Source: Candidatus Aenigmatarchaeota archaeon
Lineage (GTDB): Archaea; Aenigmatarchaeota; Aenigmatarchaeia; Aenigmatarchaeales; JACQIB01
Direction of reading: 5' to 3'
NCBI GenBank assembly: GCA_016198755.1
Contig: JACQIB010000001.1
Location: 1-64,000, forward strand
DNA length: 64,000 nt
Every line of letters begins with the position of its first letter. Positions within the stretch are counted from its first letter, which is position 1. The notes below the pieces were generated by a model. The model worked only from the letters and a program-made list of their open reading frames with translations. It was not told the DNA's origin and did no database searches. Of the stretch, positions 29,928 through 38,099 are shown in pieces. Position numbers and translations under genes: made by a program.

Positions 29928-30733
29928 CCGCATAATCAACGCGTAACAGCGGACCGTTCGAGGACTGATGCGCTGAAAATGGACGGGAGTAAGTTATCTA
30001 CCGAGACCTCAGATACCAAAAGGTATAGCGTAGAGAGGCGCTCTGTTCGGGTAGAAGTTGGGGCGTAAGTTCCAATGGACCGTTCAGAGATGAGAATCCT
30101 ACCGATAGTAGCAGCAAAGAAGAGTTGGAATCTCTTCCGCCCGAAAGGCAAGGTTTTCCCGGCAACGATACTCGGCCGGGAGTAAGCCGATCCTAAGTCG
30201 CCCCCTAACGGACGGCGACGAAAGGGAATACGGTTAATATTCCGTAGCTGCAGCCATAGACGGGGTAACCCAAGCCCAGGCAAAATGTTTTTGGATATGT
30301 TCATGTAAGCGAAGCGTTTAAACCCTTGGAGTTCCGTCAAGGAGAGAAAAGGGTGAATGCGTTACAGGCTTCGGCGCAAGCTGGAGTTGAGCAAATTCCA
30401 AGAATCCATGAAAATTTGCCAGGGAGCGATTGGCTGCATTCGTACTCAGAACCGACGCAGGTGACCTTGTCTGAGAAGGACGTGGCGTGACGAGATACAC
30501 CAGGCTAGGGAACTCGGCAACACTGGCCGCGTACGTTCGCTATAAGCGGTGCCCATCTAGAGATAGGTGGGTCTCAGTGACCAGGGCCAAGCGACTGTTT
30601 AACAAAAACGTAGCCGGTTGCTATGCGGAAACGCTGTGTATAACCGGTGAGGCCTGCCCAGTGGCGGTGTGTCAAACTCGGTTTCAACCGAGCTAAGCCC
30701 CGCTAAACGGCGGCGGTAACTCTGACCGTCTTA

Positions 30734-30774
30734 ATCCAATCATGTAGAGAAATCTGTATGGTTGCATTGGGTAC
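30734..30774 (+). other. 23S intron 2 (41-nt hairpin, ~1927/1928)
   Basis: Removal restores GTCTTA|AGGTAGC; stem CAATCATGTAGA-GAAA-TCTGTATGGTTG. Confidence 0.85.
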
Positions 30775-30901
30775 AGGTAGCGTAATCCCTTGCCGATTAA
30801 ATGTCGGCCTGCATCAATGGCTTAACGACTTGGCCGCTGTCCCGGTCTGGAACTCGGCGAACTTGCTATTGTGGTGAAAAGGCCACAGACCCTCAGAGGG
30901 A

Positions 30902-31163
30902 ATCGGAAGAAGTGCTCTCGAAAATTTTAAAAAATAAAAATAGGTGATAAAAATGAGAGAAATCAAAAATTTAATAGAGACAAAGTCTTGCGATCCTATA
31001 ACAGCATTAAATGTTGCAACACAAATAGTGTCAGCAGGAGCAGCAGTTGCATCTGTATACTATGCATCTAAAAAGAAATAAAATAAATACCTACCAACAT
31101 AAGCGAGAAGGTATTATGATCATGAATAGTTAGAATAGAATTTGAGCATTTCTCCGACCTCAT
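30902..31163 (+). other. 23S intron 3 (262 nt, ~2054/2055) carrying a small ORF
   Basis: BHB GAGG-GA|A / CCTC-AT|A; removal restores CAGAGGGA|AGAGAAGACCCC. Confidence 0.88.
30953..31081 (+). CDS. Intron-encoded 42-aa hydrophobic peptide
   Basis: RBS AGGTGA, then MREIKNLIETKSCDPITALNVATQIVSAGAAVASVYYASKKK*. Confidence 0.65.
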   Translation: MREIKNLIETKSCDPITALNVATQIVSAGAAVASVYYASKKK

Positions 31164-31591
31164 AGAGAAGACCCCGTGGAGCTCTGCGGCAGCCTGTCGT
31201 TGCTGTGCGGTCGCGGTTTCATAGAGTAGTTGGGAGAGGTTATATCAGCGTTTTCGGGCGCTGGTTACTCGGCAATGTAACACCAACATCTCGTGACTGT
31301 ACTGCTAACCTCGACTCGGGGGACACCGATTGGTGGGCCGCTCGGCTGGGGCGGTACGCTCATGACAGGAGATCATGAGCGCGCAAAGTTATCCTCATCC
31401 CGGTCAGAAATCGGGAGTAGAGTGTAAACGCAAAAGGATGACTGACTGTGTTCCGCAAAGCAAGGAACGCAGACGCGAAAGCGTGCGTTAGCGATACACC
31501 GAGTGGTCTTTGATGGATTTCGGTGACTTCAGAAAAGCTACCCCGGGGATATGGGTTGGCGCAGAGAAGCGGGTTTTCTTGGAACAATTTA

Positions 31592-31649
31592 ATAAGGCAA
31601 AGCTATCTTGCCAATAGAAATATTGGTTTGCAAAGCAAGCTTTATGCTA
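31592..31649 (+). repeat. ~57-nt hairpin repeat, copy 1
   Basis: ATAAGGCAAAGCTATCTTGCCAATAGAAATATTGGTTTGCAAAGCAAGCTTTATGCTA. Confidence 0.9.
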
Positions 31650-31725
31650 CACATACGTGTAGTGATTTTTCTAGAAAATCCGTGATAACCATCATTCTTC
31701 CACACATGCTATGATCGTACCTTGT

Positions 31726-31782
31726 ATAAGGCAAGCTTACTTGCCAATAGAAATATTGGTTTGAAAAGCAAGCTTTATGCTA
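31726..31782 (+). repeat. ~57-nt hairpin repeat, copy 2
   Basis: ATAAGGCAAGCTTACTTGCCAATAGAAATATTGGTTTGAAAAGCAAGCTTTATGCTA. Confidence 0.9.
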
Positions 31783-31876
31783 ATCAGAGTTTGAGAGCAA
31801 TTACTTTTTGTGGAAGAACATCTCTGCGCCAAGCCACTTCATAACAGAGTCGTGGCGGGCGAGAGCTCCTATCGAC

Positions 31877-31938
31877 ATTTCGTCGAGTATAGGGTTTCAA
31901 TTTTAGAGTTAGCTATGCCAATATTCGCGGAACGAAAA
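31877..31938 (+). other. 23S intron 5 (62 nt, ~2483/2484, H89)
   Basis: Relaxed BHB ATCG-AC|A / CGAA-AA|C; removal restores TATCGAC|CCCGCGCG. Confidence 0.8.
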
Positions 31939-32031
31939 CCCGCGCGTTGCTACCTCGCTGTCGGCTCCCCCCCTCCTGGCTGTGCAGTAGCAGCCAAGGG
32001 TGCAGGTGTTCACTGATTAAAGGGGGACGTT

Positions 32032-32122
32032 AGAAAGTGCAGGATAATGCGTGGTGGGTAATTCTTCCTATTTTTGATTTGATTAGTTAGAATTATCTAC
32101 CCAAATCTTGGCTTTCCGTGAA
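32032..32122 (+). other. 23S intron 6 (91 nt, ~2576/2577)
   Basis: Relaxed BHB GACG-TT|A / CGTG-AA|A; stem GAAAG/CTTTC. Confidence 0.8.
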
Positions 32123-32143
32123 AGCTGGGTTCAGTACGTCGTG

Positions 32144-32508
32144 ATCTGACAAGTGGGTAACGCGGGAGGAAAAGGTCTTCTAGTGAAAAATGACTGGAAA
32201 ATGTTATCCAAAGATTTCACAAATCTCATGCCTCAGATGAACTATATAGCTTAAGCTTTAGCGCTAGCAATGACTATAGTATACCTGGCATGGAAAATAA
32301 TAGATCAAGCTTATAGGGAAAATGAAGTGAACAAAAAGAAGTCACATCTGATTCCCATAAGAAAATTCTCGGGCTATGAATGAACCGTCCCAAAGCACCC
32401 GGCAAAATGTGCGTTCGGAGTAGCTAATGAGCCTTGCTATGAGAATTTTTACAAGCTTGGTTTTACTTTTAAGAAGACCATCCTGCATTCCCATTTAACG
32501 AACGATAG
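32144..32508 (+). other. 23S intron 7 (365 nt, ~2597/2598)
   Basis: BHB GTCG-TG|A / CGAT-AG|A; removal restores ACGTCGTG|AGACAG. Confidence 0.87.
32201..32383 (+). pseudogene. Intron-7 single-TM small ORF interrupted by an in-frame TAA
   Basis: MLSKDFTNLMPQMNYIA*ALALAMTIVYLAWKIIDQAYRENEVNKKKSHLIPIRKFSGYE*. Confidence 0.45.
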
Positions 32509-32574
32509 AGACAGTACGGTTTATATCTTCTGAGGGTGCATAAGTGCCTGACCCGAAGGAGCGGTGAGTACGAA

Positions 32575-32605
32575 ATGCTTACACTTAGCTGTGCGAGCAC
32601 GCAAA
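32575..32605 (+). other. 23S intron 8 (31 nt) in the sarcin-ricin loop (~2661/2662)
   Basis: Relaxed BHB TACG-AA|A / CGCA-AA|A; removal restores AGTACGAA|AGGAAC. Confidence 0.82.
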
Positions 32606-32646
32606 AGGAACGCCGCTTCGCGGCCTCTGGTTGACCAGTTGTCGTA

Positions 32647-32694
32647 ACAGCTTTAGCTATGGCGTTAACACGCAGAGAGCTATTGCTGCGATAA
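32647..32694 (+). other. 23S intron 9 (48 nt, tip of H96)
   Basis: BHB GTCG-TA|A / CGAT-AA|A; removal gives the hairpin TTGTC-GTAA-GGCAA. Confidence 0.78.
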
Positions 32695-32871
32695 AGGCAA
32701 AGCTGGGCAGCTACGCTGTAGTCTTTAAGGCCTGAAGGCATCTAAGGCCGAAATGATCGGGGAAAAGAGGCATTGGCCACAGGCTAGATAACCTGTTTGA
32801 TAGGAGCCGGGTGTAAGCACGAAGCTTCGGCGACGTGTTCAGCCTGGGCTTACTAATAGGCCATTAATTTT

Positions 32872-32928
32872 GCATAAAGCAAGTTAGCTTGCCAATAGAA
32901 ATATTGGCTTGCGAAGCAAGCTTTTGCG
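32872..32928 (+). repeat. ~57-nt hairpin repeat, copy 3 (between the 23S 3' end and the processing stem)
   Basis: GCATAAAGCAAGTTAGCTTGCCAATAGAAATATTGGCTTGCGAAGCAAGCTTTTGCG. Confidence 0.85.
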
Positions 32929-32930
32929 AA

Positions 32931-32966
32931 TGGTGTCCAGACCCCCTTAAGTTTCCTCTGTTGGCA
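32931..32966 (+). other. 3' arm of the pre-23S processing stem
   Basis: Complementary to 27795-27831, forming the BHB. Confidence 0.9.
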
Positions 32967-33048
32967 GATTTTTGTTCTTTAACAATTTAGCGTTAGCTAT
33001 AAAATCTAAAACAAGAAGGCTTAAAACCTTCTGCTCCAATTCTTTCAC

Positions 33049-33744
33049 ATGCAAAACCCAAGGCTCTCAATAATAATGCCAGCCCATAATGAAGAGAGTG
33101 TTATAGCTGGGGTTATAGAGAAGTTTTGCCCAGCCCTTTCTCAGGCAGAAATTATTGTTGTTTGCAATGGGTGCACAGATAATACTTTTGCTGTTTCATC
33201 CAAACTAAAAGAGAAATACAAAAACTTGGTTGTGCTGGACTTTGGAAGGATTTTCAAGGGAGGGGCAATACTTGAGGGGTTTAAAGTTGCGCGCGGAGAT
33301 ATTGTTGGTTTTGTGGATTCTGACGGAGCCTTTGAGCCTTCTGATGTAATAAAGATTGTTGGAGGTATAAGGGAAGCTGGTGGGGCTATAGCAAGCAAGT
33401 GGACCGGGAAAGGATTTGATAGTCCATTCTCGCAAGAAAGGAAGTTCTCTGCACGCGTATGGAATTTTTTTGTTAGATTATTTTTAGGATTAAAACATCC
33501 AGATACACAGGCAGGTTGCAAGTTCTTTAAGAAAGAAGCTGTAGAAGCAATAGATAAAAATTTTTCAGCGCGCGGTTTTGCCTTTGATATAGAGCTGCTT
33601 TACAAGATTGAAAAAGCAGGGTTCAGAGTGAATGAGGTTTTCTGTGTACCAAAAGAAACAAAAGCAGGAATTTTCAGCCTAAAAAGCACGCCTAAAATGT
33701 TTCTGGATCTTCTGAAAGTCTGGTACAACTCCAAGTTTCATTAG
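33049..33744 (+). CDS. GT2 dolichyl-phosphate glycosyltransferase-like
   Basis: IIMPAHNEE, FVDSDG, DTQAGCKFF and FAFDIELL motifs. Confidence 0.88.
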   Translation: MQNPRLSIIMPAHNEESVIAGVIEKFCPALSQAEIIVVCNGCTDNTFAVSSKLKEKYKNLVVLDFGRIFKGGAILEGFKVARGDIVGFVDSDGAFEPSDVIKIVGGIREAGGAIASKWTGKGFDSPFSQERKFSARVWNFFVRLFLGLKHPDTQAGCKFFKKEAVEAIDKNFSARGFAFDIELLYKIEKAGFRVNEVFCVPKETKAGIFSLKSTPKMFLDLLKVWYNSKFH

Positions 33745-35940
33745 GCCATAAAACACCAAGAACAGAAGCCCTAAAATAGACAGGATGTTCCCGAGAGTAT
33801 CGTAAATTGTATCAGAATAATAAAGCTTTACATGGCTCTGGGTTGGATAAATTATCATAAATGATGGTGAAGCCAAATAGACTTTATCCGCTCCTTGCAC
33901 ATGCCAGTTTGGATAATAGCTTATCTTGATTAACACAGGCTTTCCAATACAATCTGTATCAAACTCCAGCTCTTCCATGCTAAACTTTTCATTCTTTGTT
34001 TCACAGGTTCCAACAGCCTTTTTAGGTACAGAAACAATTTCTCTGTAGGCTTCTGTTTCATTCTTTCCATTTTCCTGTATTATAGTCTCGAATTTCTTGT
34101 CAGGTCCGGAGAGAACAACAATCGGTCTGTCCATATTATCTAGGTCCTTAAACCATTCGTAGGTAACTTTCTTCCAGTTTTTCCCGATATATCCAACAGG
34201 TTCATAGAGCTGCGGTTCAGTGTATTTGCCAGTATTGTTCAGCCTGAAAACTTCAAATTCATCAAACTCCTTTAGTGGTACAGCATCTGTTTTTCTGAAT
34301 TCCGTCTTTGTTTTATTTGAAGTAGCTACGAAATAATCTATATTAAAGAACTTCAAATACCGCGTGGCATTCTCAGCACTGTAATAGGAACAGCGCCATT
34401 TTGGTATTGGGCATGTTGGCCCTTCAGAATATGAAGCCTGCATATAGAACATATAGGGGCTTGTAAGAGCACCTTCTATAAACAACCCCTCAAGCGTGGA
34501 TTTTCCAGTGAAAAGTGGCATATTTTCCAGCATCCTTGGCGTTCCAAATTTTTCATGCGTTGAAGAATATTCATGTGCTGTACGTCCATATGGCAGGCTC
34601 TTTACAAAAGAAGTCATATTGCTCAGTGTTGGCCAGTATGCTTTTCCCTCATAACCTGAATAGTTCCAGTTTATCCAGCTCTGTATGAATGTTACATTTC
34701 CAGCAGTCCAGAGCACAATAAGTATAACACATAAAATAGCTCCTCCTTCTTTTAGCCCAAAGTTCATTTTTTTGTTTAAAGCAATACCAGCGACAGCAAT
34801 AACTATCATTGCAGCTATAACAGAATTATAATACTGCACTTTTATGATTGTGTGCATTAGTAGTGCAGTTGCAACAGCGCATGCACTGAAAATTGCACCA
34901 GTTTTGAAATCAAACCCAGAAACAATCTTTCCTATGACTATTGAAGAGAAAACAACAGCAAGAAGCTGGAAAATTGGAACAAATCTTATATCCACCAAAC
35001 CAAGAGGATTTGCAGCCAAATACAGAAGCAGTGGTATTATAGAAGCAACCCCAAGATATACAACTCTTTTATCTTTTCTGTAAAGCAGGAACGAGAAAGC
35101 AGCAAGAATTATAAATGGTATTAGTATTTTTGGCAGGACTTCTCCAACAGTTACATTGAAAACATAATCCAACGGAGTTCTCCATCCTAATTTTGCCATT
35201 GCAGGCACAAACCAAAATCCTACTAAAGAACCTCCCAGAACAAATACTTTTGAAATATATTTTGCATTTTCCTTTATTTTTACAAAGTCAGCAAGGAAAA
35301 CCAATGTTATAATGCCCGCGAACAATAAAGTGTAAATATGAGTCAGTCCAATACCAGCCAAAATTATACCGTTCCTTACCCAAGCCTTCTTTTCTGTTAT
35401 TCCATTATACAGCGAGCCAATATAGAGCAAAACCAGACCTATACTGATACTATAGGTAAACTCCCCTGCCAGTGTGGAAGGTATATTTCCTCCCCACATT
35501 GAGTTTGCTTCCATGAAAAGGAATGCAAGTGTTGAAGCAGCTCCTATAGCTGGTACAGGAAATTCAAATTTCATGTACCTAAGAGAAAAATAAGCTGCGA
35601 AAGGCAGGAAAGCAGTTCCAAGAACAGTTACAAGCTTGAAACCAGCATTCAATCCAACAAACAACCCAAAAAAGCTCATTAAAGCAAATGGAGTAGGAAA
35701 ATAATACTGGAACATTGGCATTCCAGCATACCACCAGTCTGTCCAGCCAATCAGCTTTCCATGAGGCAATAAATAATCATGCATATACTGCGCTGGTGTA
35801 ACATGGGAACCAGTGTCTCCCCCATTTGTTAAATTTTGGGAAAGCAAGAGTTCTGGCTTGAAAAAGCTGAAAATAAAAATTAGACAAGCTATCAATACCA
35901 CAGCATCTACGATTAGTTCCTTTTTCATTTCATTACCCAC
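33679..35940 (-). CDS. Multi-TM GT-C-like protein (6-pyruvoyl-tetrahydropterin synthase-related membrane family)
   Basis: GGDTGSH, W...WYAGMPMFQYY and GGNIPSTLAGEF motifs; many TM helices. Confidence 0.75.
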   Translation of the reverse strand: MGNEMKKELIVDAVVLIACLIFIFSFFKPELLLSQNLTNGGDTGSHVTPAQYMHDYLLPHGKLIGWTDWWYAGMPMFQYYFPTPFALMSFFGLFVGLNAGFKLVTVLGTAFLPFAAYFSLRYMKFEFPVPAIGAASTLAFLFMEANSMWGGNIPSTLAGEFTYSISIGLVLLYIGSLYNGITEKKAWVRNGIILAGIGLTHIYTLLFAGIITLVFLADFVKIKENAKYISKVFVLGGSLVGFWFVPAMAKLGWRTPLDYVFNVTVGEVLPKILIPFIILAAFSFLLYRKDKRVVYLGVASIIPLLLYLAANPLGLVDIRFVPIFQLLAVVFSSIVIGKIVSGFDFKTGAIFSACAVATALLMHTIIKVQYYNSVIAAMIVIAVAGIALNKKMNFGLKEGGAILCVILIVLWTAGNVTFIQSWINWNYSGYEGKAYWPTLSNMTSFVKSLPYGRTAHEYSSTHEKFGTPRMLENMPLFTGKSTLEGLFIEGALTSPYMFYMQASYSEGPTCPIPKWRCSYYSAENATRYLKFFNIDYFVATSNKTKTEFRKTDAVPLKEFDEFEVFRLNNTGKYTEPQLYEPVGYIGKNWKKVTYEWFKDLDNMDRPIVVLSGPDKKFETIIQENGKNETEAYREIVSVPKKAVGTCETKNEKFSMEELEFDTDCIGKPVLIKISYYPNWHVQGADKVYLASPSFMIIYPTQSHVKLYYSDTIYDTLGNILSILGLLFLVFYGLMKLGVVPDFQKIQKHFRRAF

Positions 35941-36515
35941 TTCAGTATCTCAACTGCTTTCATTGTATCCATATCTCTCAATATCAAAAGAGTGTCCCTG
36001 TATGTAGATATAACATGCAGGAGGTTTATATTTTCAGCTCCAAGTGAATCGAGCAGATAAGCAACAACTCCCGGAACCTTTTCTATTTCTGCAGGACTTT
36101 TTATTGATATCAAATCAAGTCCATGTTCAGATCGTATAATATCCTTGCCCTTCAGGTTCTTAACAACTGAAGCTTCCATAACAGTAACATATCCGCTTGG
36201 TCCCCTTGACTGTACTAAACAATCAGCTTTAACAGGAGACCTGCTTATTGCTATAGATACCCCAAACTTTATCTCCATGCTGCTGTTCCTTAGTAAATAT
36301 AATATAGTCTTCTCCCTCTCTGATTTTTGTTTTTTCAGGCGGGATGCAATCCTTATCAATGCAATTTTCACAGCAACTTCAGAACCGCCAGTTTCCATTC
36401 TAATGAGCCTTGCAAGTGCAGAATAGTTTACAATACCCTTCTCAAGAGCCTCCTTTACGTGGGGCTTTCTTTTAACATAAATTCCAACCATTTCTGCAAT
36501 AGTCATATTTGTCAC
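35925..36515 (-). CDS. ACT-domain protein with an N-terminal HTH
   Basis: GIVNYSALAR; PGVVAYLL..L..ENINL. Confidence 0.78.
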   Translation of the reverse strand: MTNMTIAEMVGIYVKRKPHVKEALEKGIVNYSALARLIRMETGGSEVAVKIALIRIASRLKKQKSEREKTILYLLRNSSMEIKFGVSIAISRSPVKADCLVQSRGPSGYVTVMEASVVKNLKGKDIIRSEHGLDLISIKSPAEIEKVPGVVAYLLDSLGAENINLLHVISTYRDTLLILRDMDTMKAVEILKWVMK

Positions 36516-36611
36516 ATATGTAACACATTTGTATTATTTGTATATAAATGTAGCTTAGTTTATTAATCCAAATCCCTGCTGAATAGCAGAAGGTGAAACA
36601 AATGGCAATGG

Positions 36612-37382
36612 GTGGATTACAAAGACTCTGTACAGAAAGCTATAGATAGTATAAAATCTGATATACATACTTCCAAGGCTGAGCCGGATGATTTGTCAGA
36701 ACTTCTTTCAGTTGAAAATGCAGCATGGCCGGCTACGGAAGATGATAATGGTGCTATAGTAGCATCAGAAGAAAAATTCAGGCATAGGATAAAAATAGGC
36801 AGTATATTAAAAGCAGAATATACAGGAGAACCTATAACATGGGACGGTATACAATTAACAGAAGGCACAATTCTTGGAATGATAAGTTTTCAGATGTTGC
36901 AGATGCCCATAGACTTTCAAGATGTAATTAAAAAATCTGAACGCGGAGTTGAATGGGGAGAATTAATTTCAATGGGATTCCCAAAAGATTGGTATGAATT
37001 AACAGACGATGGTTTTCTCTATAAAACACATATACCAAATGGTAATGTTGGTTGTTTGGTTGGCGTTGGAGTTCTTCCTTCCATGCGCGGATTCGGTGTA
37101 GTAAATAATTTAATAGGAGGTGTGGTTTCTGACATGAAAAAATCAGGCTTGGAATGGGCAATTGGATATGGACGTGTTCCAGAATATGGAAAACACCCAG
37201 AAGTTCCCCTGCAGCAGTATGTTAAACGCAAACGTTCAGATGGTAAACCAGTCGATTACGGGCTGCGTTTTCATTATAATAACGGAGCGCATATAGTGTG
37301 CGGTATACCTCAATCTATGAGGCCAAAGGATGACTGGGAAAGCCTTGGTAACGGTGCACTAGTTGTGTACCAGTTGAAGTGA
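36612..37382 (+). CDS. GNAT-family acetyltransferase
   Basis: VGVLPSMRGFGV acetyl-CoA motif; GR.P.Y, LRFH and D.ES.G motifs. Confidence 0.7.
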   Translation: MDYKDSVQKAIDSIKSDIHTSKAEPDDLSELLSVENAAWPATEDDNGAIVASEEKFRHRIKIGSILKAEYTGEPITWDGIQLTEGTILGMISFQMLQMPIDFQDVIKKSERGVEWGELISMGFPKDWYELTDDGFLYKTHIPNGNVGCLVGVGVLPSMRGFGVVNNLIGGVVSDMKKSGLEWAIGYGRVPEYGKHPEVPLQQYVKRKRSDGKPVDYGLRFHYNNGAHIVCGIPQSMRPKDDWESLGNGALVVYQLK

Positions 37383-37386
37383 TGTT

Positions 37387-38082
37387 ATGGAGAAGTTCAA
37401 AATAACAAAAGTAAAAAACAATATATTCAAGATAGAAGAAATGTTATACAAAGAACATGCAAATCTATACCTTTTTATTTCTGACAACTTCTATCTTTTA
37501 GTGGATTCAGGAACAGGATTTTGGAATCTAAAGGAAAAAATATATAAAACTTTTGGAAACAACACAATTTTACTTATCAACACACATGGACATTATGATC
37601 ACATAGGAGGAAATAAACAATTCAGCTTTTCTGCAATACATGAAAATGACCTGAAATCTTTAACAAACCCAACAAAAGAAAATACGGTTTCTTTCAAATT
37701 CTCTAAATCTGATATGTTAACAAACAATAACGAGAGTATTAAATCCTTAAAATCAGCACCAAATATGATTTTACACGGAGGAGAAAAAATTGCGGTTGGT
37801 AAATTTATTTTCAAAATACTACACACGCCAGGACATTCACCCGGAAGCATATCTCTATATGATGAAAAAAACAAGACTTTAGTTTCTGGTGACATGCTCT
37901 ATAACGGTAAACTATATTATAATCTGCCAAAGTCTGATAAATTTCAATATATAGAATCCCTGAAATCCACAAAGAAGATGAAAGTCCAGACTTTATTAGC
38001 TGGACACAACGAAATTATTCTTGGAGAGGAAAACATCCAAAAACTTATGAATAAAGCCATATTCGAGTTAGAGGAGCACTGA
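37387..38082 (+). CDS. Metallo-beta-lactamase-fold hydrolase
   Basis: THGHYDHIGG, TPGHSPG, SGD and GH motifs. Confidence 0.9.
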   Translation: MEKFKITKVKNNIFKIEEMLYKEHANLYLFISDNFYLLVDSGTGFWNLKEKIYKTFGNNTILLINTHGHYDHIGGNKQFSFSAIHENDLKSLTNPTKENTVSFKFSKSDMLTNNNESIKSLKSAPNMILHGGEKIAVGKFIFKILHTPGHSPGSISLYDEKNKTLVSGDMLYNGKLYYNLPKSDKFQYIESLKSTKKMKVQTLLAGHNEIILGEENIQKLMNKAIFELEEH

Positions 38083-38099
38083 TTTTTATTCCATGAAAG

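Larger units (their letters stand above)
31551..31842 (+). other. 23S intron 4 (292 nt, ~2449/2450)
   Basis: BHB GGGG-AT|A / CTTC-AT|A; terminal stem TTGGCGCAGAGA/TCTCTGCGCCAA. Confidence 0.9.
27835..32868 (+). rRNA. rrl: 23S rRNA gene, unlinked from 16S and 5S, with nine BHB introns (ends approximate)
   Basis: Conserved motifs GGTGGATGACTCGG, GCTTAGAAGCAGCCA, GGCTGGGGCGGTAC, GGGGAT|AACAG, CTGTCGGCTC, GCTGGGTTCAG, AGTACGAA|AGGAAC; removing 2048 nt of introns leaves ~2.98 kb. Confidence 0.97.

Noticed and set aside
29928-30068. C-terminal 46 aa of the 309-aa LAGLIDADG ORF
   Set aside because: This is 23S exon sequence read in frame; the protein probably ends after circularisation
32380-32425. 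Twister-ribozyme-like string CCGTCCCAAAGCACCCGG in intron 7
   Set aside because: The required upstream UAA and downstream GAGGG pseudoknot partners are missing
29072-32508. Large 23S inserts as group I or group II introns
   Set aside because: All show BHB junctions with terminal stems; no group I P7 core/terminal G or group II domain V was recognised
31592-32928. Hairpin repeats as a CRISPR array
   Set aside because: Only three degenerate ~57-nt copies with irregular spacing, and no cas genes in the window
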